Source: an uncultured Candidatus Sumerlaeota bacterium (GTDB taxonomy: Bacteria; Sumerlaeota; Sumerlaeia; MVZB01; JAJFLK01). Taken from it: DNA of 64,000 nucleotides. The notes beneath the pieces were generated by a model. It was given only the letters and a program-made list of their open reading frames with translations. It was not told where the DNA came from and did not search any database. Made by a program: the position numbers and the translations under genes. Below are positions 26,234 through 36,293 of the stretch, piece by piece. Positions within the stretch are counted from its first letter, which is position 1. Each line of letters starts with the position of its first letter. The DNA lies in the NCBI GenBank assembly GCA_964463045.1, contig CAYXAU010000001.1, positions 72,524 to 136,523 on the forward strand, given 5' to 3'.

Positions 26234-27559
26234 TTGGATCCATCAGCATTGATCGAGCGGTTTCGAAGTCGCCAGGCCCGCGTCGGCGTGATCGGGCTCG
26301 GCTACGTCGGCCTGCCGCTTGTGATGGAGTTCTGCCGGCGCGGCTTCAACGTCACGGGCTTTGACGTCGACCCGGCCAAGACCGGGGCGCTCAATCGAGG
26401 CGAGAGTTACATCCGACACGTTCCCTCGGCCTCGATCGCCGAGCACGTGGATTCGGGGAGGCTCGTGGCGACGACGGAGATGGCGCGCTCCCGCGAGCCG
26501 GATGCCCTTCTGATCTGCGTGCCGACGCCGCTCACGGAGCACCGCGAGCCGGACCTCAGCTTCGTTCGGGCGACGGCCGAAGCGATCGCGCCGCATCTGC
26601 GGCCCGGCCAGTTGATCGTTCTCGAATCGACGACTTACCCGGGGACGACCGAGGAGACGCTGCGGCCGATTCTCGAGACCGGGGGCCTCCGCTGCGGGGA
26701 GGATTTCCTTCTGGCCTTCTCGCCCGAACGCGAAGACCCGGGCAACCCGCTCTATTCGACGGGGAAGATTCCCAAGGTCGTCGGCGGCTGCGATCCCCCG
26801 GCGCAGGCGGCGGCGGCGGCGCTCTACGGGGAGATCGTCGTGCAGGTGGTCCCGGTCGCCAGCACGCGCGCCGCCGAAGCCGTCAAGCTGACCGAGAATA
26901 TCTTCCGCTGCGTCAATATCGCCCTGGTGAACGAGCTGAAGGTCATCTATTCGAAGATGGGGATCGACATCTGGGAAGTGATCGAAGCGGCCAAGACCAA
27001 ACCGTTCGGTTACATGCCGTTCTATCCCGGCCCGGGTCTCGGCGGCCACTGCATCCCGATCGATCCGTTCTATCTGACGTGGAAGGCGCGGGAGTACGAC
27101 TGCCCGACGCGGTTCATCGAGCTGGCCGGCGAGATCAACGCCTCGATGCCGCATTACGTCATCGAACGGCTCGCCGACGCGCTCAACGCCCGCGCGCGGA
27201 GTCTCAAGGGGTCTTCGCTCCTGATCCTGGGCCTTGCCTACAAGAAGGACGTCGCCGACCCGCGCGAGAGTCCCTCTTTCCGGCTGATGCGGCTCCTGAC
27301 GGCGAAAGGGGCGAACGTGGATTATTACGACCCCTTGATCCCGGAGGTCCCGTCGATGCGCGACTACCCGGAGCTGGCCGGCCGCCGCAGCGTCGCCTGG
27401 GACCTCGAACGCCTGGCCACGTACGACGCCGTCCTGATCGCCACCGATCACAGCCAGGTCGATTACGCCGGGCTGGTGCGGGCGGCACGGCTCATCGTCG
27501 ATACCCGCAACGCGACGGCCGGTCTTCCGGGGGCTGAAGCCAAGGTCGTCAAGGCGTGA
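26234..27559 (+). CDS. Nucleotide-sugar dehydrogenase (UDP-ManNAc / UDP-GlcNAc 6-dehydrogenase, WecC/WbpA-like).
   Basis: The Rossmann motif is VGVIGLGYVGLP and the catalytic segment is GGHCIPIDP. A three-domain UDPG/MGDP dehydrogenase layout is present. It sits adjacent to wecB. Confidence 0.85.
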   Translation: MDPSALIERFRSRQARVGVIGLGYVGLPLVMEFCRRGFNVTGFDVDPAKTGALNRGESYIRHVPSASIAEHVDSGRLVATTEMARSREPDALLICVPTPLTEHREPDLSFVRATAEAIAPHLRPGQLIVLESTTYPGTTEETLRPILETGGLRCGEDFLLAFSPEREDPGNPLYSTGKIPKVVGGCDPPAQAAAAALYGEIVVQVVPVASTRAAEAVKLTENIFRCVNIALVNELKVIYSKMGIDIWEVIEAAKTKPFGYMPFYPGPGLGGHCIPIDPFYLTWKAREYDCPTRFIELAGEINASMPHYVIERLADALNARARSLKGSSLLILGLAYKKDVADPRESPSFRLMRLLTAKGANVDYYDPLIPEVPSMRDYPELAGRRSVAWDLERLATYDAVLIATDHSQVDYAGLVRAARLIVDTRNATAGLPGAEAKVVKA

Positions 27560-27584
27560 AAATCCCGGACGGAACCTCGCGCCG

Positions 27585-28688
27585 ATGAACCGGGCGCTCG
27601 GGCTGGCCCTGATCGTCGGCGCGCGGCCTCAATTCGTCAAAGCCGCCCCGCTTGTGGGCGCCGCGCAAGCCTCGCGCGTGTGGGCGCCGCCGGCGCGGCC
27701 GTGTCGCATCCAGATCCTGCACACCGGCCAGCATTACGATCCCGATATGGACCGCGTCTTTTTCGAGGAGATGGAATTGCCCGAGCCGACGGTCAATCTG
27801 GGCGTGGGTTCGGCTTCTCACGGAGCGATGACGGGCCGGATGATCGAACGGCTGGAGGCCGAGCTCGCTCGCCCGCGGCCGGACCTTGTGCTGACGCTGG
27901 GGGACACCAACTCGACGCTGGCCGGAGCGCTCTCGGCCGCTCAGCTCGGTCTGCCGACGGCGCACATCGAAGCCGGGATGCGCAGCTACGACCGGCGGAT
28001 GCCGGAGGAAATCAACCGCGTCGTCGCGGATCACGTGAGCGATCTGCTCTTCTGTTCCACCGCGTCGGCGCGCGATCGATTGGCGGCGGAAGGGCTCACG
28101 CGCGGAGTCCACGTCGTCGGAGACGTGATGTTGGACGCCTTCCTCGAATTCAGCCCACGCGCCCGCCCCGCCCCTTGGGAGGGGCCTTTTCTGCTTCTCA
28201 CGCTTCATCGCCCCGGTAACGTGGATGACCCCGCGCGGCTTAGGACGCTTCTCGCGGCCTTGGCCAATTCCCCCCTCCCCCTTTACTTTCCCGTTCATCC
28301 TCGGACGCGACAGCGGTTCGACGCGACCGGTCCCCTTCGATCCGAGGCCATCCGGCTGACCCAGCCGCTTTCCTATCTGACGATGCTCGGGGCCTTGAAA
28401 GCCTGCTCGGGCCTGATCACCGATTCCGGAGGATTGCAGAAAGAGGCCTTCTTTGCCGGGAAACGCTGCTTGGTGCTGCGCGAGGAGACCGAGTGGGTCG
28501 AGTTGGTCGAGCTGGGGACCGTCCGGCTGGTCGGAGCCGATCCCTCCCGCATCGCCGAGGGGTTGGGCTGGGTGGGCCACCCTCACGGTTCGACGGGGCA
28601 GCCGTTCGGCGACGGGCGCGCGGCCGAACGTATCCTCCGGATTGTCGGCGACTATCTCTCAAGCGCTTCCAAAGCCGGGGCGGGCTGA
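27585..28688 (+). CDS. wecB: UDP-N-acetylglucosamine 2-epimerase (non-hydrolysing).
   Basis: Motifs are LIVGARPQFVKAAPL, HTGQHYD, HIEAGMRSYDRRMPEEINR and GDTNSTLAGA. Confidence 0.85.
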   Translation: MNRALGLALIVGARPQFVKAAPLVGAAQASRVWAPPARPCRIQILHTGQHYDPDMDRVFFEEMELPEPTVNLGVGSASHGAMTGRMIERLEAELARPRPDLVLTLGDTNSTLAGALSAAQLGLPTAHIEAGMRSYDRRMPEEINRVVADHVSDLLFCSTASARDRLAAEGLTRGVHVVGDVMLDAFLEFSPRARPAPWEGPFLLLTLHRPGNVDDPARLRTLLAALANSPLPLYFPVHPRTRQRFDATGPLRSEAIRLTQPLSYLTMLGALKACSGLITDSGGLQKEAFFAGKRCLVLREETEWVELVELGTVRLVGADPSRIAEGLGWVGHPHGSTGQPFGDGRAAERILRIVGDYLSSASKAGAG

Positions 28689-28695
28689 AGGCGGC

Positions 28696-31600
28696 CTATT
28701 CGTCGTAAAGCCTCCAGCGTCCGGCGGCGTTGGCCGGCGGCGTCGGCGTGGGCGTGGGGGTCGAGGTGCCGGTCGGCGTCGGCGTCGCCGTGGGGGTGGG
28801 GGTCGGGCTCACGCTGAAAAAGACGTAGGCCCGCCCCGCGTCGCTCTCCATCGGGGTCTCCAAGCGGGCGCCGATGCCGATATCGTCCCGCCCGTCGTCG
28901 TTGACGTCGCCGAGGCCGGCGACGGATAGCCCGAAATCGGCGTCCTGCTCGACGTTGGGGGAGTCGAACGCGCGAAGGAGCCGGCCGGTCCCCCCGCTGA
29001 AAAGATAGGCCCGGCCGGGGAAGGTCGCCTCGTCGGTGGCCGTGTTGGGAGCCCCGACGACCACGTCGCCGAGGCCGTCGCCGTCCTGATCGTCGAGGCC
29101 GGCCAGAGTCTGACCAAAGCCGCCGAGGCTTGTGTCATCTGGCGAAGCGAGCACGCGCAGGAGCGCCCCATCGGCTCCGCTGAAGATCGCAGCCACGACG
29201 TAGTTCCCCATGACGACGTCGGGGATTTGATCGCCGTTGACGTCCGGGACGGCAGCTAAAGCCACACCGAAGGAGTCCGACGGCGGGGGCGTGAGAACGC
29301 GCAGAGGGACGCTGCCGAGCGCTCCGTCGAAAATGTATCCGGCGCCGAGGCCGCCGTTACTCCCTGGGGCGCCCACCAGAACTTCCTGGCGTCCGTCGCC
29401 GGTCAGGTCCGGCATCGCGGCCACCACCGTGCCGAAGCCGCTTCCCCCCGTTTCGTTGGGCGGGATCAGTGTCGTCACGTGAGCGCCCGTCATCGCGTTG
29501 AACAGATGAACGCGACCGGCGAACGTCGGACTGGTCCCCTCGGAAGGGGCCCCCACGGCGACGACCCCCGGGCCGTTGGCGTCGCCGATCCCCGCGACGG
29601 CGTAACCGAAGAAGCCGAAATCCCGCGGCGTCGGGGAGTCCAGAGTGTACAGGAGCGCCCCGCCGGCCCCGCTGAAGCCGTGCGCTCGGCCGGTGGAGAT
29701 GACTGGATTGGACGACGGGTCCTCCTCGTGCGCGCCGACCACGATGTCGCCGCGGCCGTCGCCGTTAACGTCGGCCAGCCCCGCCACCGTGAAGCCGAAC
29801 CGGGCCTCGTTCTCCGGCGATGGGGAGAGGAGCGGCCCGCTCAGCAACGGCGCCCCGGTCTGGCCATTAAAGACATAGACCGTACCGGAGTTGGTTGGTC
29901 GACCTTCGATCTCTTCGCGGAACGCTCCGACGATCAAATCGGGCCGCCCGTCGAGGTTCACGTCGGGGACGCCCGCCACGACGTGGCCGAAGTACCCCGC
30001 CGGCTGCTCGTTGGGGGAGATGATTTCGATGACCGTCGTCGTGACGGGCTCGGGGAGCGATTCGAGACCGATTTCGAAGGAGCTCGTCTTCATGAGCGCG
30101 GCGGCGTCGAAGACCTGGGCGAAAGCCTGGTAGCCCGCCTTCTGAGCTATCAGCAGGAGCGTCGGGGGATCGGTCGGGGCCAGATTAAAACTGAAGGCCC
30201 CCGCCCCGTCCGTCTCAACGCTCTCGGTGTTCAGGCTGAAACCGGAGACCCGGGCCGAGGGGATCGGCGTCTGCGTCTGGGCATCCCGGACCGTCCCTTG
30301 AACCATCAGCGTCGGAACGGGCGTCGGGGTGGGACCTAGAGGAATCGTGGTGTGCGCATAGAGGATATCAAAGTCGGTGTCCAACCAGAACAACGCCTCG
30401 TTGGATTCCCAGACGGCCGACCACTTGCCGGCGCGATTGCTGGCGATCGAGGGGAAGAGGTCGAGGCCGGAATCGGCCGCCGCCGATTCGTTGAGCCGTA
30501 GGGCGCCCGTCCAGGTCATGCCCAGGTCGGTGGAGAGGGAGACCAGAATGTCCCACTCGGAGCCGACCGTCCCTCCCAGCGTATTTTCGGACATCCACGC
30601 CACGAGCCAGTTCCAGGTCCCGTCATTGCCGACGACGGGCCGGGCGTCCGCATTGGAGTCCGTCGGGGCAAAGGAATTGACCGGGGTCGGCGCGCTCCAC
30701 GTGGCCCCGTCATCGGTGGAGAGCGCCGAGAGGACGTCGGTGTCCGTCCCGATGGTGTTCCCCAACGTGTCATTGGATTCCCAGACGACGAGCCAGTTGG
30801 TAAAGCCGTCGGCGGCGAGGCGGGGGAAGTGATCATTCTCGGCGTCGGTCGCGGCGTTGGTGTTGAGCGCCGCCCGGGGGGTCCAACTCGCCCCGCCGTC
30901 CGTTGATCGGGCGAAAAGCAGATCAAAATCCGTTCCAATCATCCCCCCGAGGGTCTTGGGCGAGGCCCAGACGACCGTCCAATTGCCGTGGCGATCGGTG
31001 GCGACATCGGGCGCGAAGTCGGTGCCTTCCATGGAATCGTCCGTGGCGGCGTCTGAATTGAGCGCGGCTGGGGGGGACCAGGATTGCCCATTGTTCGTCG
31101 AGCGGGAAAAAAGGATGTCGTAGTCGATGCCGATGTTGGGCGAGGCCAGCGGTTCGACCGACTCCCAGACGACCACCCACGTTCCTTGGCCGTCGGCTGC
31201 GATCCGGGGAAAGAAGTCGCCCCCCGTGTCGGTGGCGGCGTTGGTGTTGAGCGGGGTCGGGGCCGTCCAGGTTACCCCCCCGTTGCTGGACCGCGCGTAG
31301 AGGATGTCGTTGTCCGTCCCGATCGTCCCTCCGAGGGAATCGTCGGATTGCCAGACGACGATCCACATGCCCTCGCGATCGGTGGCGACGTGCGGGTAAA
31401 CGTCATCGCCCAAGTCGACCTGCGAGTTGGTGTTGAGTCGGGCCGCTTGGGCCGATCCGACGGTCGCCCCTGTCGTCCGCGTCACCTTGATATCGCGATC
31501 GGAAAGGCTGCCGGACTCGTCCGCGGAGGACCAGACGGTGACCCAGCGCCCCTGGCCGTCGGTGGCGATCTGAGGGTTGTTGTCGTGGCCTACATCGTCT

Positions 31601-32043
31601 CGCGCGAACTGATCGAGCCAGAAGAGCCCACAGAAGAAGATTGCCGGCGCGGTCAGGTTGGGTGGGATGCTGCTGGCTTTGCTCGGATCGGAAACGAGAG
31701 CGGGGTTGCCGGGGTTAGGCTGACCTTGCATCCAGCTTCCCGTTGGGTCCTGGAGCTCATGACCATTGGTGAAGCCGTCGCAGTCGGTGTCGGTGGCGGC
31801 CAGGCCCGTGTTATAGATCTGGGCGTAAAGGAGGAAAGTGTCGCCGAAGCGGTTGGTCGTGTTGTTCACCGTGATGTTGTTGTGGCAAACGTTGCACGAA
31901 TTGGGAAACCCCCCGAAGGCAGCTCCGTTCGGAATCCGGTCGACAAATTCCGGCTTGGCGAACACTAGACGGGCGAGGCCGAGCCATGCGATACCAAGGC
32001 AGGCGGCCGCCGTCCAAAGACCTCCTCGCGCGGGCCGTCGCAT
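28696..32043 (-). CDS. Giant exported protein (~1115 aa). It has a signal peptide, a CXXCH-containing N-domain, 5-6 BNR (Asp-box) repeats, 6-7 FG-GAP repeats and a Pro/Thr linker.
   Basis: The signal peptide is MRRPARGGLWTAAACLGIAWLGLARLVFA. CNVCH sits at ~residue 60 and TDCDGFTNGHELQD follows. Asp-boxes are SNGGVTW, STNNGQSW, STDGGASW, STDDGATW and STDLGMTW. FG-GAP Ca-loops include DVNGDGRGDIVVGA, DLTGDGRQEVLVGAP and DQDGDGLGDVVVGAP. The C-terminus is PTPTPTATPTPTGTSTPTPTPTPP. The track ORF extends to 32076 (alternative ATG). Confidence 0.8.
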   Translation of the reverse strand: MRRPARGGLWTAAACLGIAWLGLARLVFAKPEFVDRIPNGAAFGGFPNSCNVCHNNITVNNTTNRFGDTFLLYAQIYNTGLAATDTDCDGFTNGHELQDPTGSWMQGQPNPGNPALVSDPSKASSIPPNLTAPAIFFCGLFWLDQFARDDVGHDNNPQIATDGQGRWVTVWSSADESGSLSDRDIKVTRTTGATVGSAQAARLNTNSQVDLGDDVYPHVATDREGMWIVVWQSDDSLGGTIGTDNDILYARSSNGGVTWTAPTPLNTNAATDTGGDFFPRIAADGQGTWVVVWESVEPLASPNIGIDYDILFSRSTNNGQSWSPPAALNSDAATDDSMEGTDFAPDVATDRHGNWTVVWASPKTLGGMIGTDFDLLFARSTDGGASWTPRAALNTNAATDAENDHFPRLAADGFTNWLVVWESNDTLGNTIGTDTDVLSALSTDDGATWSAPTPVNSFAPTDSNADARPVVGNDGTWNWLVAWMSENTLGGTVGSEWDILVSLSTDLGMTWTGALRLNESAAADSGLDLFPSIASNRAGKWSAVWESNEALFWLDTDFDILYAHTTIPLGPTPTPVPTLMVQGTVRDAQTQTPIPSARVSGFSLNTESVETDGAGAFSFNLAPTDPPTLLLIAQKAGYQAFAQVFDAAALMKTSSFEIGLESLPEPVTTTVIEIISPNEQPAGYFGHVVAGVPDVNLDGRPDLIVGAFREEIEGRPTNSGTVYVFNGQTGAPLLSGPLLSPSPENEARFGFTVAGLADVNGDGRGDIVVGAHEEDPSSNPVISTGRAHGFSGAGGALLYTLDSPTPRDFGFFGYAVAGIGDANGPGVVAVGAPSEGTSPTFAGRVHLFNAMTGAHVTTLIPPNETGGSGFGTVVAAMPDLTGDGRQEVLVGAPGSNGGLGAGYIFDGALGSVPLRVLTPPPSDSFGVALAAVPDVNGDQIPDVVMGNYVVAAIFSGADGALLRVLASPDDTSLGGFGQTLAGLDDQDGDGLGDVVVGAPNTATDEATFPGRAYLFSGGTGRLLRAFDSPNVEQDADFGLSVAGLGDVNDDGRDDIGIGARLETPMESDAGRAYVFFSVSPTPTPTATPTPTGTSTPTPTPTPPANAAGRWRLYDE

Positions 32044-32468
32044 GGGGGCTTCCTCCTTCGACTCGCGGTCGGTCATCGATCCTTGCGGTTCAAGGGGGGG
32101 TAAGGAAGGTGCCCGGCGGGCCGATACCCCTCGGGCTCGTTGGCTCTACAAAAGATTATAGGTTCGCGCCGGGACGCCGACCACACGATTTAACCTCGCC
32201 CCGTGTTCGCCGAACCGCCCGACGCCCCTCGCCCGGAACCCGCTCGGCCCCGACAAACGGCCGGCTCCGCCCGTTCCCCTTGATCCGCAAGCTCGCCGGG
32301 CAGCCGACGGAGAGTCCCCCTTGCCGGGCGGAAGACGCCCAACCTCGCGTTGGCCGAGAAGGGGGCGCCTGCGTTCAGCCTCTTTGGGGCAAACCTTGAA
32401 GGTGGGAGGCGGGTCAGGAATGTGATAAAAGGGGACGATGAGTTCTTTGTGGTGGGTCCTCCGAATCA

Positions 32469-33617
32469 ATGAAGTCCTTTGAATTCAATCTCCAGACCCG
32501 GTTCGTCATCGGCGTCGGGGCCGTCGAGAGGTTGGGCGAGTTGGTGCGGGCGTACGGCGGGGAGCGGGCGTTGCTGATTTCGGACCCGGGCCTCGCCGCC
32601 GCCGGACACGTCGAGCGCGCCGCCGCGACCATCCGCCGGGCCGGGGCCGAGTGCTTCGTTTTCCTGGGCGTCGAAGAAAACCCGACCACGCGCCACGTGG
32701 ATCGCGCCGTCGCGGCCGGCCGCGAGCATGGGATCGATTTGCTGGTCGGTCTCGGAGGCGGCAGCGCGATGGACACCGCCAAAGGGGCCAATTTCATCCT
32801 CTCCTGCGGCGGCCGGATGCAGGATTACGCCGGCGTCGGCAAGGCCACCGGGCCGATGTTGCCGATGATCGCCGTCCCGACGACGGCCGGGACAGGGAGC
32901 GAAGCGCAATCCTTCGCTCTGATCGCCGACGAGGCGACGCACATGAAAATGGCCTGCGGCGACAAGCGGGCCGCTTGCCGGGCCGCCGTCCTGGACCCGG
33001 CGCTCACGCTTTCGCAGCCGCGCGAGGTCGCCGCGCTGACCGGCATCGACGCGGCGAGCCATGCCCTCGAAAGCTACGTCACCACGCGACGCAATCCTCT
33101 CTCTCAGCTTTTCTCGCGGGAGGCCTGGCGTCTCATCGCGCGTTCCTATCCCCGCATCTTCGAAGCTCCCGAGGACCTGGAAGCCCGCGGTGGGATGCTC
33201 TGGGGCGCCGCGCTGGCGGGCCTCGCGATCGAACACTCCATGCTGGGGGCGACGCACTCCTGCGCCAACCCGTTGACGGCGCGCTTCGGGCTGGCCCACG
33301 GCCGGGCGATCGGCATCATGCTGCCGCACGTCATCCGCGCCAATGCCGGTGCCGTCGCCGGCCTCTATCTGGAGCTCTTGACGGAAATCCATCGCAACGG
33401 GGCCTCGGCCGCCACGGCGGGCGAGGTGCTCGCCGCGCTGGTCGAGGAGCTGCAAGCCGTGGGGGAGCTGCCGCGGACGCTGAGCGAGTGCGGCGTCGAG
33501 CGCCGGGCGTTGCCCGAACTGGCGGGCCAGGCCGCGGCCCAATGGACGGCGCAATTCAATCCGCGCCCGTTGGACGAGGCCGATTTCCTGGGTCTCTATG
33601 AACGCGCCTGGGGTTGA
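32469..33617 (+). CDS. Iron-containing (group III) alcohol dehydrogenase.
   Basis: Motifs are GGGSAMDTAK, AVPTTAGTGSE and the metal-binding histidines (HALESY, HSMLGATH, HGRAIG). Confidence 0.85.
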   Translation: MKSFEFNLQTRFVIGVGAVERLGELVRAYGGERALLISDPGLAAAGHVERAAATIRRAGAECFVFLGVEENPTTRHVDRAVAAGREHGIDLLVGLGGGSAMDTAKGANFILSCGGRMQDYAGVGKATGPMLPMIAVPTTAGTGSEAQSFALIADEATHMKMACGDKRAACRAAVLDPALTLSQPREVAALTGIDAASHALESYVTTRRNPLSQLFSREAWRLIARSYPRIFEAPEDLEARGGMLWGAALAGLAIEHSMLGATHSCANPLTARFGLAHGRAIGIMLPHVIRANAGAVAGLYLELLTEIHRNGASAATAGEVLAALVEELQAVGELPRTLSECGVERRALPELAGQAAAQWTAQFNPRPLDEADFLGLYERAWG

Positions 33618-33690
33618 GTCCCCCGGCTGAGCCGGCCTTCAACGAGTGGTTTCGCGCCTGAACGCTGGAGCCTCGCCACGGAAGCGCCTC

Positions 33691-34983
33691 ATGGCGCTCC
33701 CGACGCCCGGGATCGCATCCTGCCGCCTCAGCCGGGTGGTGGTTTCCTGGGCGGCGTTCGTCCTCGCGACGGCTTGCGGCGATCGCCCGCCGGGGGTCGC
33801 CGACACGCCGGACCGCGAACCTTCGACGATTGAAGTGGCCTCGCTGCCGCCCACGCCGGCTCCCGGCGTTCCTCTGGACGAATCCGCCGCGCGACCAGCC
33901 AGGACCGAGAAAGGCCCGACGGTCACCCCCGCCGATCAGTGGCCGATGTTTCGGGGCAACGCCCAATTGACGGGCTTGACGGCCTCGACGCTGCCCGATC
34001 GCCTGGAGGTGCTTTGGACGTTTCAAGCCGGAGACGCCATCGAATCCTCGGCGGCCATCGAGGGCGAAAGGGTCTTCGTCGGCGGCTACGATGGGTTTCT
34101 CTACGCCCTGGATTTCGAGACCGGAGCGCTCGACTGGAAATATGAGGCCGGGGCGCCGATATCGGCCTCGCCGGCAGTCGGCGATGGGCGTGTTTACGTG
34201 GGGGATCAGTACGGCTTTTTCCACGCCGTGGACGCCGCCACGGGCGAGCTCGTCTGGAAGGCCGAGACGGAGGCCGAAATTCAATCCTCGGCCAACGTCC
34301 TGACCGGTAAGGTCCTTTTTGGCTCCTACGATCAGCGGCTTTACGCGCTCGATCCGACGACGGGGCGGGAACTCTGGCGATTCGAGACCGACGGGCCGGT
34401 GCACTGCACGCCGGGAGTTTTCGAGGGCGCGGCCATCATCTCAGGGTGCGACGGCGTCGTGCGTCTGATCCGAATCGAGGACGGCAGGCAGGTCGGCGCC
34501 ATCGAAGCGGGCTCCTACATCGGGGCCTCGCCGGCGTTTCATCGCCCGCGCGCTTACGCGGGCAATTTTGATTACTCCGTGATGGCCTTCGACCTCGAGC
34601 GGCTGGATATTGTCTGGGAGTATGACCCGCAGCCGCGGGATTTCCCCTTTTACTCCTCGGCGGCCGTGCTGGCCGATAGGGTCGTGGTCGGAGGGCGGGA
34701 CAAGGAGGTCCATTGCCTGAACGCCGAGACCGGCGAGCCGCTCTGGACGTTTCCGACGCGCGCGCGTGTGGATTCGTCGCCCGTGGTCGCCGGCGAGCGC
34801 GTTTTTGTCGGTTCCAGCGACGGGAACCTTTATGAACTCTCGGCGCTGACCGGAGCCGAACGCTCGCGCTTCGCCGCCGGCGCGCCCCTCACGGCCTCGC
34901 CGGCCGTCGCCCGCCAGAGATTGATTATCGGCTCTCAGGACGGTATTCTGTATTGCTTGGGCGGGAAGGAAACGGACGGATGA
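33691..34983 (+). CDS. PQQ-repeat (beta-propeller) lipoprotein.
   Basis: The lipobox is FVLATACG. There are 7-8 repeats of the form G.VYVG..DG.LYALD..TG...W. Confidence 0.8.
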   Translation: MALPTPGIASCRLSRVVVSWAAFVLATACGDRPPGVADTPDREPSTIEVASLPPTPAPGVPLDESAARPARTEKGPTVTPADQWPMFRGNAQLTGLTASTLPDRLEVLWTFQAGDAIESSAAIEGERVFVGGYDGFLYALDFETGALDWKYEAGAPISASPAVGDGRVYVGDQYGFFHAVDAATGELVWKAETEAEIQSSANVLTGKVLFGSYDQRLYALDPTTGRELWRFETDGPVHCTPGVFEGAAIISGCDGVVRLIRIEDGRQVGAIEAGSYIGASPAFHRPRAYAGNFDYSVMAFDLERLDIVWEYDPQPRDFPFYSSAAVLADRVVVGGRDKEVHCLNAETGEPLWTFPTRARVDSSPVVAGERVFVGSSDGNLYELSALTGAERSRFAAGAPLTASPAVARQRLIIGSQDGILYCLGGKETDG

Positions 34984-36293
34984 CGTCGGCGACGGATCAG
35001 GAACGCACGGAGGTCGGGAGCGTCTTTGTCGCCAATTACCCGCCGTTCTCGCAATGGACGGCCGAGCAGGTGCCGGCGGCGCTGGCGGCCCTTCAGGCCG
35101 GACCCCGGCCGGGCGAGCCCCTTGGCCTTTACATCCACATCCCCTTCTGCCGCAAGCGCTGCAAGTTCTGCTATTTCAAGGTTTATACGGATAAGAACGC
35201 CGACCAGATCGAGCACTACCTGGCGGCAGTCCGGTCCGAGATGGAGACCTATAGTCGGCTGGGTGCCTTGCAGGGTCGCCCGATCCGGTTCACCTATTTC
35301 GGCGGCGGGACGCCCTCCTATCTCAGCGAGCGGCAATTGGACCGGCTGGTCCAGGGGCTGGATCATTGCGTCAGTTGGGCCGAGGCCGAGGAAGTCACCT
35401 TCGAGGCCGAGCCGGGAACGTTGCGCGAGAGCAAGCTGCGCACGCTGCGCGAGCTCGGCGTGACGCGGCTCAGCCTCGGCATCGAGAACTTCAACGATCA
35501 GATTCTGGAGTGCAACGGCCGAGCGCACCTCTCCCCGGAGATTTACCGGGCGTACGACTGGGCGCGGCGGGCCGATTTTCCCCAGATCAACATCGATCTG
35601 ATCGCGGGCATGGCCGGCGAAACCGAAGAGAACTGGCGCGATTGCGTCCGGCGGGCCGTTGAGCTCGAGCCCGACTCGGTCACGATCTACCAAATGGAAC
35701 TCCCGTTCAACACGGTCTTCTCGCAACAGTTGAAGGAGGCGGAGGTCGAAGTCCCGCTGGCCGATTGGGCGACCAAGCGCCAGTGGGTCGATTACGCTTT
35801 CGATGAATTCGAAGCTCACGGCTATCGGGTGGCGAGCGCCTACACGCTGGCGACCACGCGACGGCCCTGCCGGTTCGTCTATACCGAGGCGCTCTGGCGC
35901 GGGGCCGACATGATCGGCCTGGGCGTGGCTTCCTTCTCCCACTTCGGCGGCGTTCATTTCCAGAACGTCCACGAATTCGACGCCTACGTGACGCGCGCGC
36001 GCGCCGGCGAGCTTCCGCTCCTGCGGGCGTTGGCGATGACCGATCGCCAACGGCTGATCCGGGAACTCATCCTCCAACTGAAGACCGGGCGCCTCGAGCT
36101 GGATTACTTCCGGCGTAAGTTCGGCGTCGACGCCGGGGAGGCGTTCGCCGACGCCTTCGCCGGCCTTGAGCATCGAGGGTTTCTCCGGCGGGACGACGGG
36201 AGCGTCCGGCTGACTCGCCCGGGGCTCCTCCGCGTGGACAGTTTCCTGTCGGATTTCTATGAGCCTGAGATGCGCCGGGTCCGGTACACGTGA
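34980..36293 (+). CDS. Radical SAM enzyme of the HemN/HemW family (coproporphyrinogen-III-oxidase-like).
   Basis: ATG overlaps the upstream stop (ATGA). GLYIHIPFCRKRCKFCYF is the CxxxCxxC cluster. A HemN-like N-terminal YPPF..W segment is present, plus the downstream GGGTPS and IYQM motifs. Confidence 0.85.
   Translation: MTSATDQERTEVGSVFVANYPPFSQWTAEQVPAALAALQAGPRPGEPLGLYIHIPFCRKRCKFCYFKVYTDKNADQIEHYLAAVRSEMETYSRLGALQGRPIRFTYFGGGTPSYLSERQLDRLVQGLDHCVSWAEAEEVTFEAEPGTLRESKLRTLRELGVTRLSLGIENFNDQILECNGRAHLSPEIYRAYDWARRADFPQINIDLIAGMAGETEENWRDCVRRAVELEPDSVTIYQMELPFNTVFSQQLKEAEVEVPLADWATKRQWVDYAFDEFEAHGYRVASAYTLATTRRPCRFVYTEALWRGADMIGLGVASFSHFGGVHFQNVHEFDAYVTRARAGELPLLRALAMTDRQRLIRELILQLKTGRLELDYFRRKFGVDAGEAFADAFAGLEHRGFLRRDDGSVRLTRPGLLRVDSFLSDFYEPEMRRVRYT

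Noticed and set aside
32466-33554. 362-aa minus-strand ORF antisense to the Fe-ADH gene, and the 316-aa plus-strand out-of-frame ORF at 32651.
   Set aside because: The Fe-ADH frame carries all the family motifs. The others are alternative frames.
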